Source: Candidatus Eiseniibacteriota bacterium (lineage in GTDB: Bacteria; Eisenbacteria; RBG-16-71-46). Taken from it: DNA of 64,000 nt. The position numbers and the translations under genes are program-made. A model generated the notes under the pieces. It was given only the letters and a program-made list of their open reading frames with translations, ran no database searches and was not told the DNA's origin. Where the stretch lies: NCBI GenBank assembly GCA_963717935.1, contig CAVQXP010000002.1, positions 128,001 to 192,000 on the forward strand. The letters run 5' to 3'. Of this stretch, positions 42,822 through 51,573 are shown one piece after another (position 1 is the first letter of the stretch; each line of letters begins with the position of its first letter).

Positions 42822-44417
42822 CTACCTCTTCTTCCCCTTCTGGCGCGGGGGAGGTCCCTTCTTCACCGCGTGGCCGGTCGGCTTCCCGCGCCGCTGTGCG
42901 GCCGCCCCCGCCTTCTTCGCCGCCGCACTCTTCTTCGCGGCGCCGGAGAGAGGTCTCTTCGCGCCGGCCGAGCGCTTTGCGTGGGACGACGGGCTCGGCT
43001 TGGGCGGTGAGAGCCAGGGTCTCCCGGGGGTCGCCGACGGCTTCTTCGGCGGAGACGGGGCGAGGGTGCGCAGCGGCGGCGCCGAGGGCGAGGAGAACGC
43101 GGGCCGCGATGGGATGGCAGGTGGGGGGGGCGCGGGGATCCGGGGGGGCGCGGGGACGCGCGCGCCGGCGCCGCCTGCGATGCGCGCCGCGGCCGACTGG
43201 AGCCCGCCCGCCGGCCGCTTGGGCCGCGTCCACTCGTCATCGTAGGAGAGCACCGGCTTGACCTCGCTGGGGCGCATCCCGTAGTCGAACGCGGGCAGGA
43301 ACGAGCGTTCGATCGTGCGGCCCAGCAGGCGCTCGATGCCGACCAGGTCCTTCTGTTCCTCGGTGCTCATGAGCGTGAACATGTTGCCGGGCGCGTCGGG
43401 CCGGCCGGGCCGGCCCAGCCGGTGGGCGTAGTCCTCGGGCGTCTGGGGCACGTCGTAGTTGACCACGTGCGACACGCCCGACAGATCGAGGCTCCGGCCC
43501 GCGCCGTCGCTCGCCACCAGGATCTGCGTGCGCCCGCGGCGCAGATCCTCGAGCGCCTGTTCGCGCTCCTGCTGGCTCGGGAAATCGTCCAGCACCGTGG
43601 CCACGTAACTGCGGCGGTGGAGCATGCGCGCCAGGCGGTCAGCCCCGTAGCGGCCGCGCGTGAACAGCACCAGGCTGCGCACCTCGCTGCCGCCCCACAA
43701 CTCGCGCTCGGCGAGCATGTGGTTGAGGAAATCGGGCTTGAGGTCGCGCGGCACCGGGTAGATGACCTGCCGGATCCCCGTGCCCGGACGGGGCGCGGGG
43801 GCGAGGTCCACGCGCACCGGCTCGATGAGCGCTTCCTTGGCGAGGCGATTCAGCTCGGGGGGCAGGCTCATCGTGAACATCAGGGTCTGGCGCGTCTCGG
43901 GCAGCAGCTTGAGCAGCCGGCGCAGTTCGGGGCCCATGCCCAGGCTCACCATACGGTCGGCTTCCTCGAGCACGAGCACCTCGATGTACTCGAAGTTGAC
44001 CGCCTTGCGGTCCTGCAGTTCGAGCAGCCGGGTCGGGGTCGCCACCAGGATGTCCACCTCCTGATGGCGCAGGACGCGCTCCTGGGCCGGCAGGGGGCCG
44101 CCGCTGAAGACCACGCCGACCTGGATGTCGGTGTAGCGGGCGTAGTCACGGCAGCGCGTCTCGACGTAGGCCGCCAGCTCCCGGGTCGGGACCAGGATGA
44201 GGCAGCGCAGTCGCGCGGAGGAATCGAGCAGACGCGCCAGGATCGGGATCAGGTAGGTGCCGGTCTTGCCCGAGCCGCTCGGGGCCACGCCGATGAGGTC
44301 ATTGCCCTGGAGGATGGTGGGGATGGCCTTGCTCTGGATGGCGGTTGGTTCGCTCAGGCCGGCGGCCCGGATGCCCTTGAGGATGGTCTGGGGCAACCCC
44401 AGTGATGCGAAGGTCAC
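42822..44417 (-). CDS. RhlE-like DEAD-box RNA helicase homolog with degenerate motifs (EEAD)
   Basis: Q motif, APSGSGKT, PTRELA, LEEADRM, HRLGRPGR; Pro/Lys-rich tail; GTG 44417 after GGAGG. Confidence 0.88.
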   Translation of the reverse strand: MTFASLGLPQTILKGIRAAGLSEPTAIQSKAIPTILQGNDLIGVAPSGSGKTGTYLIPILARLLDSSARLRCLILVPTRELAAYVETRCRDYARYTDIQVGVVFSGGPLPAQERVLRHQEVDILVATPTRLLELQDRKAVNFEYIEVLVLEEADRMVSLGMGPELRRLLKLLPETRQTLMFTMSLPPELNRLAKEALIEPVRVDLAPAPRPGTGIRQVIYPVPRDLKPDFLNHMLAERELWGGSEVRSLVLFTRGRYGADRLARMLHRRSYVATVLDDFPSQQEREQALEDLRRGRTQILVASDGAGRSLDLSGVSHVVNYDVPQTPEDYAHRLGRPGRPDAPGNMFTLMSTEEQKDLVGIERLLGRTIERSFLPAFDYGMRPSEVKPVLSYDDEWTRPKRPAGGLQSAAARIAGGAGARVPAPPRIPAPPPPAIPSRPAFSSPSAPPLRTLAPSPPKKPSATPGRPWLSPPKPSPSSHAKRSAGAKRPLSGAAKKSAAAKKAGAAAQRRGKPTGHAVKKGPPPRQKGKKR

Positions 44418-44594
44418 GAACCCTCCGTGAGTGGATGAGCCGAACCGCTGTTCGCGGCCGGGCCGATGCCGGGCGTCTCCTGCCCGGCTCCCTGGATGGG
44501 GCAACGTGGCACAGATTAGGGGGCAATGCCTTGCGGAGCAATGGATATTGCTGGGAGAAAGACAGGAACGTGAAAAGACTCGGCGATCGGCGGC

Positions 44595-45479
44595 TCAGCG
44601 GGCTTTGCGGGCGGAGGGTGCCCGTGGAGTCCGGGCCCCGCGGGGGCCGGACCCGCCGCCCTGGCAGGAGGGACAGTAGAAGGTGGAACGCTGTCCCTGC
44701 ACGATGCGGCGGACGGGAGTGCCGCACCGGCGGCAGGGCTCGTTCGCCCGGTCGTAGACCTGGAGCAACTCGCCGTACTGCCCCGGCTCGCCCCAGACCG
44801 TGCGGTAGGTGCTGAAGGTCGTGCCCATCCGCGCGATGGCCTCGGCGAGCACGGCCCGGATCTCGGTCGCCACCGCCTCCCACTCGCGCAGCGCGAGCCG
44901 CCCGGCATGGCGCCGCGGATCCAGTCCGGCCCGGTGCAGCACCTCGCTCGCGTAGATGTTGCCGAGTCCCGCGATGCGCCGCTGGTCCATGAGGAACGTC
45001 TTCACGGCCACCCGGGACCCGCGGGCCACGGCGCGCAGTCCCGCGCCCGTCGGTGGCGCGGCCACCGGGTCGGGGCCGAGCCGCGCGAGCGCGGGATCGC
45101 GCCCGAGGTCCGCAGTAGGCACGAGACGCAGCAGGCCGAAGCGCCTCACGTCCTGGAACCAGAGCCCGATGCCGTCGGTGAATCGGATGCGGGCGTGCAC
45201 GTGGGGCAGCGCCGGGCGCTCGCCCGGGCGCAGGACCAGCCAGCGCCCGCTCATGCCGAGGTGGGAGAGGAGCGTGAGGCCGCCCTCGAGCCCGAAGAGC
45301 AGGTACTTCGCCGTGCGCTCCACGCGCTCGAGGGTGCGCCCGCGCAGCAGGCGGGGCAGCGTGGCCGGGATGCGCTCGCGCAGCCTGTGCCCCGAGAGCG
45401 TGACGGAGCGGATCGTGCGCCCGCGCACGCTCTCGTCCAGCATGCGGCGCACCGTCTCGACCTCGGGCAGCTCGGGCAT
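44595..45479 (-). CDS. mutM: Formamidopyrimidine-DNA glycosylase
   Basis: MPELPEVET, HLGMSG, GLGNIYASE, zinc finger CRRC..YCPSCQ. Confidence 0.96.
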   Translation of the reverse strand: MPELPEVETVRRMLDESVRGRTIRSVTLSGHRLRERIPATLPRLLRGRTLERVERTAKYLLFGLEGGLTLLSHLGMSGRWLVLRPGERPALPHVHARIRFTDGIGLWFQDVRRFGLLRLVPTADLGRDPALARLGPDPVAAPPTGAGLRAVARGSRVAVKTFLMDQRRIAGLGNIYASEVLHRAGLDPRRHAGRLALREWEAVATEIRAVLAEAIARMGTTFSTYRTVWGEPGQYGELLQVYDRANEPCRRCGTPVRRIVQGQRSTFYCPSCQGGGSGPRGARTPRAPSARKAR

Positions 45480-45571
45480 GGCGCGACGGTAGGGGCGCGA
45501 GTGGGAGGGGCGCAAGCGGCGTGCGAATGGACCGGCTGCCCCAGTGTACGCCGTCAATTCACGGGTGCCGG

Positions 45572-46287
45572 TTGTCCACCGATCCTCCGCTAACTACAGC
45601 TCACCTGCGTCTGCTGCGTATGCACCGCGGCCGGATCACCGATCCTGAGCAGCACATCGAAGCGCCCCGGCCCGGCTTCCTGCTCTGCCAGGACACCTAC
45701 TTCGTCGGCACCATCAAGGGCGTGGGGCGGATCTACCAGCAAACCGTGGTCGACGCTCACTGCTCGCTGGCCTTCGCCAAACTCTACCTGTCGAAGGTGC
45801 CGATGACCGCGGTCGATGTGCTCAACGATCGCGTGCTGCCGTTCTACGACGAGCATGGCGTCGAGGTCGCGCACCTGCTCACCGACAATGGAAGGGAAAC
45901 CTGCGGGAAGCCGCTGTCGCACCCCTTCGAGCTCTTCCTGGCGATCAGCCGAATCGAGCACCGGCGCACCCAGGTGGGCTCGCCGGAGACCAATGGCTTC
46001 TGCGAGCGATTCCATCGGACGGTGAAGGAGGAGTTCTACGCCGTCACCTTCCGCAAGAAGGTCTACGAGAGCATGGACGAGCTGCAGCGGGACCTCGACG
46101 CCTATCTCGCGTTCTACAACCGCGAGCGCACTCACCAGGGCTACCGGACCCAGGGCAGGACGCCCCACCAGGCGTTCCTCGACGGCATCGAGGCGATGCG
46201 GAAGACGGAGGTGACACCCGAGGCCGCTTAGGCCAGAATCAGCCGCCACCGGGGCGCCGTTTGTCCACCGATCTTCCGCTAACTACA
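45572..46287 (+). mobile_element. 5'-truncated IS481-family element bracketed by two direct copies of its right end
   Basis: Transposase core QDTYFVGTIKGVGRIYQQT, LTDNGRE, PETNGFCERFHRT, YNRERTHQG (stop 46231) without the N-terminal HTH; TTGTCCACCGATCYTCCGCTAACTACA at 45572-45598 and 46261-46287. Confidence 0.85.
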
Positions 46288-46300
46288 CATGAGGGCCGGG

Positions 46301-47306
46301 ATGAGCGCAACGTCCTTTTGGGTACAAGGGGAGCCGGCCACCTTCGCGACTTCGGGCGAGGCGTCTTGGAAGGAGCGGCTGCTCGAATGTGCTCCGCCTC
46401 CAGCGCTCGCCGGACGTGAGACAGGGATGGACTTGCGCTTTTCAGTTTCATCCCTCCGGCGGAACGGTCAGCCATTTGACGTCGACAACCTCTGCGACCC
46501 GGTGTTCGTCGTTGTCATCCGCAAGGCGGGTTGGTTCGGGGGTCGCAAGACGGGACTCTCCTGGTGGTCCGCGACCAAGCGCCTTGGCCAGCCACCTGGT
46601 TGCCAGATCGCTATCCACGTGACGCGGACCATATCTCTTCCCACGCAGAGCCCGTTCTTGGGACCAGCTCTATTCCGGGCCGATGCCCGAGAAGGCGACA
46701 TCTCTCGAACTTCCTCGCTGGGCGCTCGAACTTCGAGCCGCTCGGGCCGTCGACTGGATTCCCGAGAGCTGCTTTCTCTACCTCGGCTTCGCGGACCCGA
46801 AGGTGAACATCGGCGAGATCTCTACGGGTCGCGTCAAGGCAGTCGTCGACTGCCTGTACCCGTGGCTGGGTGGCACCGCGAAAGACCCGGAGGATTGGCG
46901 GGTAGAGACCCTCGTGGTCGAACGGGGGCTCGACAGTCTTCCACGGGGCACCCTCCATATTCGCCTGTGGGAGAAAGGTCGTATTCCTGCAACCCTCCCC
47001 GACGTGGCGCTCGTGTCAGCCAGTAGAAGCCGGAGTGCCCATGTGCCCATCATGTCCGGCCACGCGCAACCACCAGGAAGACTCGCCACGCAAAACCCTT
47101 GCCGTGAGGGCACTGCGATGTGGATTGTCTGTGAAGCTGCGCTCGCGCGGAAAAGCCTCGCGGAAGTGCGCGCCGACTTGGAACGTCACGCGACCGGCGC
47201 GGGCGCACGGCTCTTCGAGTACAAAAGTGACCTACGGAACGAGAAGAGGCTCGACATCCGGATCGAAGGCGACCGCATAGTGTGCTATGGCTCGCTCAAG
47301 CGATAG
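46301..47306 (+). CDS. Tandem RusA-like protein with C-terminal helical domain (one extra base near 46661)
   Basis: Repeat 1 FWVQGEP..WKERL..FDVDNLCDPVF..KAGWF..KRLGQPPGCQIAI; repeat 2 ..KAVVDCL..PEDWRVETLVVER..GTLHIRLW; removing one G of GGG 46660-46662 joins ORFs 46289 and 46683 into 334 aa. Confidence 0.6.
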
Positions 47307-47381
47307 AGGCTGCTGGCGGGGGACGAGTGGTCTGGCCGCGCGCTGCAGCGCCAGCGTTGGGCGGAAGATTGAACATCGCGC

Positions 47382-47897
47382 ATGGTGATTCTCAGAGCGA
47401 CGCGAAAGCTCGAAACACAGCTCTTGGGCTTCGGCACTACACCCGACGTGTCTGACACGGCGCTCGGCGATTGGTATGCCAACCGCCTGGTCGTGGACCG
47501 TCGGCCATTGCTGCTTCTGGTGAGTTCGGCGTCCCTGCTTTCCGTGGTGTCGCTCGCTAGGGACGTCCGTGGCTTGCCCGCACGCTTGCCCGCCATGGTG
47601 AGTCGAAGGCTCCGCGCCATGGGGTTAGCAGCGTCCCTCATTGAGGCGGAGTTGGCGGCAATGGACCCTGTCCAGGTCGGCCGGACGACCGATCGGTCTG
47701 TTCTCGGTAGCATGGTTGACTTCGCGAAGGCAATAGTGGCCTACCTTCCGCACGGAACTTGGGGGGAGCCGGACCTGCCCCGGGTTGAGGAGCTTCTTGC
47801 GCAGACCCCGTGTCGCGTGACCAGCCGCTTAGAGGACACGGTGTATCCGGACAGGAAGACCCGGGAGGTTCTTGCGGCCCGGTGGCGTACTGCTTAG
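47382..47897 (+). CDS. DUF6933-like protein
   Basis: MVILRATRKL..ALGDWYAN..RRPLLLLV..TTDRSVLGSM..LAQTPC pattern, recognised from memory of the family. Confidence 0.65.
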   Translation: MVILRATRKLETQLLGFGTTPDVSDTALGDWYANRLVVDRRPLLLLVSSASLLSVVSLARDVRGLPARLPAMVSRRLRAMGLAASLIEAELAAMDPVQVGRTTDRSVLGSMVDFAKAIVAYLPHGTWGEPDLPRVEELLAQTPCRVTSRLEDTVYPDRKTREVLAARWRTA

Positions 47898-48118
47898 CTT
47901 CCCGCCGCCGCGGACGCTCGCGGGCGCGGCGGGGAACTCTCCCCCCTTGTTGGACGCGGGAGTCTGACTCTTCCAGCAGCCGCCCGCGGCGCGACTCCCG
48001 CTCCCTGCACGTCCGTTCCCGGCGCCCTCGGCCCACCCGCCCTGTTCGTTGCACTGCGCTCGCGCTCCGTGGCATCCTGCGCTCGTCCACGATGGACCCT
48101 TCCCGCACGGGAGAGCGC

Positions 48119-49039
48119 ATGGAAGACCCTTCCCGCTTCGAGGAGTTCGCCCGCCTCGCCACCGAGCAGCGGAACCCGCGCACCCTCGACCTCGACACCC
48201 TCGACATCGCCGGCATCCTCGAGCGCATCTCGGCCGAGGATCGTACCGTGCCCGAGGCGGTGGCGAAGGAGATCCCGTACATCGCGCGTGCGGTCGAGCT
48301 GGTCGTGGCCTCGTTCCGCGCGGGCGGGCGGCTGTTCTACGTGGGCGCCGGCACGAGCGGGCGGCTGGGGGTGCTCGACGCCTCGGAGTGCCCTCCCACC
48401 TTCGGCTCGGACCCGGAGACGGTGCAGGGCGTGATCGCGGGCGGCTACGGGGCCCTGGTCCGCGCCATCGAAGGCGCCGAGGACCGCGCTGCCGAGGGTG
48501 AGCAGGCGATGCTCAAGTGCGGCGTGGGCCCGAAGGACACGGTCATCGGCCTGGCCGCGAGCCGGCGCACGCCCTTCGTGGTCGCGGCCCTCGCGCAGGC
48601 CCGGGCACTCGGGGCGCGCACGGCCTACATCACCTGCACCCCGCGCGCGGAGTTCGGGCTGGAGGTGGACGTGGCCGTCTGCCCCGAGGTCGGTCCCGAG
48701 GTGCTCATGGGCTCCACCCGCATGAAATCGGGAACGGCGCAGAAACTGGTGCTCAACATGATCACGACCGCCGCCTTCGTGCGCATGGGCAAGGTCTACG
48801 AGAACATGATGGTGGACCTGATGGCCACCAGCGAGAAGCTGGTGGAGCGCGGCCGGCGCACGGTCATGACCGTGACGGGCGCGGACCGCGCGACGGCCGC
48901 ACGCATCATCGAGGAGGCGGGCGGAAGCGTGAGGACCGCCATCGTGATGCTGAAGCTGGAGTGCACCCGCGCCGAGGCCGAGGCCCGGCTCGCGCGCGCG
49001 GGTGGGTTCGTCCGGGGTGCGCTGGGCGGGCCCCCGTGA
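48119..49039 (+). CDS. murQ: N-acetylmuramic acid 6-phosphate etherase
   Basis: TEQRNP, GAGTSGRLGVLDASECPPTF, EGAED, GSTRMKSGTAQKLVLNM; alternative ATG at 48092. Confidence 0.95.
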   Translation: MEDPSRFEEFARLATEQRNPRTLDLDTLDIAGILERISAEDRTVPEAVAKEIPYIARAVELVVASFRAGGRLFYVGAGTSGRLGVLDASECPPTFGSDPETVQGVIAGGYGALVRAIEGAEDRAAEGEQAMLKCGVGPKDTVIGLAASRRTPFVVAALAQARALGARTAYITCTPRAEFGLEVDVAVCPEVGPEVLMGSTRMKSGTAQKLVLNMITTAAFVRMGKVYENMMVDLMATSEKLVERGRRTVMTVTGADRATAARIIEEAGGSVRTAIVMLKLECTRAEAEARLARAGGFVRGALGGPP

Positions 49040-50275
49040 AGCGCCAGGTCTCCTGGTTGCGGTTCGCGCTCTTGGCCGCGGTGCTGGCCGCGCTCTCCTG
49101 CGCGCCGGCGCGCAAGCCGCCCCAGGTGCAGGAGATCGTCTTCTGGCAGTCCTGGCCCGTCGAGGCCGTGGGCCCGATCGTCGCGGATTTCGAGCGCGAG
49201 CGCCCCGGCCTGAAGGTCCGTCTCGAGCGGCTGGAGGGGCCGGCCGGGCGGGAGCGGATCCTCGCGGCGGCGGCGGCCGACTCGGTGCCCGACCTGTGCG
49301 CGATCGGCTCGGACTCGCTGCCCGCGGCTGCTCGCGGGCAACCGGCTCGCCGACTGGAGCGCGGGGGTCGCGGACCTGCGGTCGCAGCTGCGCGGCTGGG
49401 AGTTGTGCTCGGTCGGCGACGCCATCTACGGCGTGCCCTGGGTGCTCGACACCCGCGTGCTCTTCTGCAACTCGCGACTCCTCGCGCGTGCCCGGCTCGA
49501 TCCGGACCGGGGGCCGGAGACCTGGGACGAGCTCTACCGGGCCGCGGCCGCGGTCCAGCGGCTCGGGCGCGGCGTGCGCGGCTTCGGGCTGCCGGTCGGC
49601 GAGCCCGGGGCGCTCCGGGAGCAGTTGCTGCCGTTCCTGTTCGCGAACGACGGAAGCCTCCTCTCCGCGGACCTGAGGCGCGCCGTGTTCGACTCGGCCG
49701 CGAACGTCGAGGCGCTCGAGTTCCTGCTGCGCCTGCGCCGCGTCGGTGTGATGGGCACGCCGGACTCGATCGAGCGGGAGTTCCTGGCGGGCCGCCTCGG
49801 GTTCGTCCTGGCGGGCCCCCGATTGCTCGAGGCGCTCGGCCGGGGTGCGCCGGATCTGCAGTACCGCGCAGGCCTGGTGCCGCGCCCCCGGCGCGACACG
49901 CTCCCCGCCGCCTCCTGGGCGGACGGCGAGGTGCTGGTCTCGTTCAACGCCGCGAAGCGCAAGCACCTCGCACTCGATCTGGCGCGTTTCCTGGTCCAGC
50001 CGGAGAACGCGCTGCGCCTGGCCGCGGCGGTGAGGGGCGTCGTGCCGGTGACCGCCGGCGCGGACACGCTCGCCCGCTTCCGCGACCGCCCCGGGGATGC
50101 GATGCTGATGCGCCAGCTCGCGGGCGCGCGCTACGCCCCGAACCACCCGGCCTGGGGAGAGATGGAAGCCGCCATCGAGGACGAGGTGGAGCAGGCGCTC
50201 GACGGCCGCAAGAGCGCGGCCCAGGCGGTGAAGGACGCCCAGACGAAGCTGGCGGCGCTCGTGGGGAAGCGGTGA
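49036..50275 (+). CDS. Sugar-type ABC solute-binding lipoprotein (one extra base near 49321-49323)
   Basis: Lipobox LAALSC, IVFWQSW, IYGVPWVLDTRVLFCN, PETWDEL; N- and C-terminal halves in different frames. Confidence 0.8.
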
Positions 50276-50352
50276 GCCCGGCCTGTCCTTGCCGGTCGGA
50301 TTCCCTGATCCCCAGCGACAGACCCGATCAAGCCTCATCGGGGAGCGGAGAG

Positions 50353-51573
50353 ATGGGCCTATCGTCCAGACATGATGCGCTCGCTCCGGTGCGCGGTTAC
50401 ACCGCGCGGAAGGAGCACCTGATCGTCGGCCTCATGACCGGCACGTCGGCCGACGCGGTGGACGCGGTGCTGGTGCGCTTCAGCGGCCTCGGGCTCGAGG
50501 CCCGGCACGAGGTGCTGGCGTACCGCGAGACCCCGCTCGAGCCGGCGCTGCGGCGCGAGGTGCTGGAGGTCGCGGCCGCCCTGGAACTGGCGCCCGAGCG
50601 CCTGATGCGCCTGGACGCCGCGCTCGGCGAGCGCTTCGCGGCCGCGGTGCTGGAGTTGCTGGCCGAGGCGAAGGTGGACCGCGGCCGCGTGGACGCCGTG
50701 GGCTCGCACGGGCAGACCGTGCGCCACGTCCCGCGTCACCGGGGTGACGGGCAGGCGCTCACGCTCCAGCTGGGATCGGCCGCGCTGCTCGCCGAGCACA
50801 CCGGCCTGACCGTGGTCTCGGACTTCCGCACGCGCGACACCGCCGCGGGCGGCGAGGGCGCCCCGCTCGTGCCGCTGGCCGACTGGCGGCTCTTCCGCTC
50901 GAAGAGCGAGGCGCGGGCGCTGCTCAACCTGGGCGGGATGGCGAACGTGACCTGGCTCGCGCGCGGCGGGAGCCTGGCCGACGTGCTGGCCTTCGACACG
51001 GGACCGGGCAACTCCGTGCTCGACGCGTTGATGTCGCTCAGGAGCGGCGGGCGCGAGACGCACGACCGCGATGGGGCGGTGGCCGCGCGCGGCCGCGTGA
51101 ACGAGGCCCTGCTGGCCGAGTTGCTCGAGGACCCGTTCTTCGCAATGCCGCCGCCACGCTCGACCGGGCGCGAGCACTTCGGCGACGCCTACGCCGTCCA
51201 ACTGCTCGACCTGGGGCGCTCGCTGGGGCTCTCGGAGGAGGACGTGCTGGCCACGGCCGTGGAGTTGACCGCGGCCTCGGTGGCCGGAGCCCTGCAGCGC
51301 TTCATCGTGCCGCGCGGCCGGCCGGACGCCGTCTACGTGAGCGGGGGCGGGGTGCGCAACCGGACGCTGATGCACGCGCTCGAGCGCCGCATCGCCGGCG
51401 TGAGCCTGCAGCCGCTCGCCGTGCTCGGCGTGCCGCCCGAGGCCAAGGAGGCGCTGGCGTTCGCCTTCCTGGCGCACCAGACGCTCTGCGGGCTGGCGGG
51501 CAACGTCCCCAGCGCCACGGGCGCGGCGCATCCCGTCGTGCTCGGGCACATCACGCCGGGGGCGCTGCGATGA
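50353..51573 (+). CDS. anmK: Anhydro-N-acetylmuramic acid kinase
   Basis: GLMTGTSADAVD, GSHGQT, DFRTRD..GGEGAPL, NLGGMAN, FDTGPGN, KEALAFA. Confidence 0.94.
   Translation: MGLSSRHDALAPVRGYTARKEHLIVGLMTGTSADAVDAVLVRFSGLGLEARHEVLAYRETPLEPALRREVLEVAAALELAPERLMRLDAALGERFAAAVLELLAEAKVDRGRVDAVGSHGQTVRHVPRHRGDGQALTLQLGSAALLAEHTGLTVVSDFRTRDTAAGGEGAPLVPLADWRLFRSKSEARALLNLGGMANVTWLARGGSLADVLAFDTGPGNSVLDALMSLRSGGRETHDRDGAVAARGRVNEALLAELLEDPFFAMPPPRSTGREHFGDAYAVQLLDLGRSLGLSEEDVLATAVELTAASVAGALQRFIVPRGRPDAVYVSGGGVRNRTLMHALERRIAGVSLQPLAVLGVPPEAKEALAFAFLAHQTLCGLAGNVPSATGAAHPVVLGHITPGALR

Noticed and set aside
45545..45598. 54-bp TGTA..TACA miniature inverted-repeat element
   Set aside because: The inverted match is only 4 bp; better explained as an isolated IS481 right end
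48517..51573. 1018-aa ORF joining the binding-protein N-terminus to AnmK
   Set aside because: Read-through created by the frameshift at about 49322 in stop-poor GC-rich DNA; anmK has its own RBS and ATG at 50353
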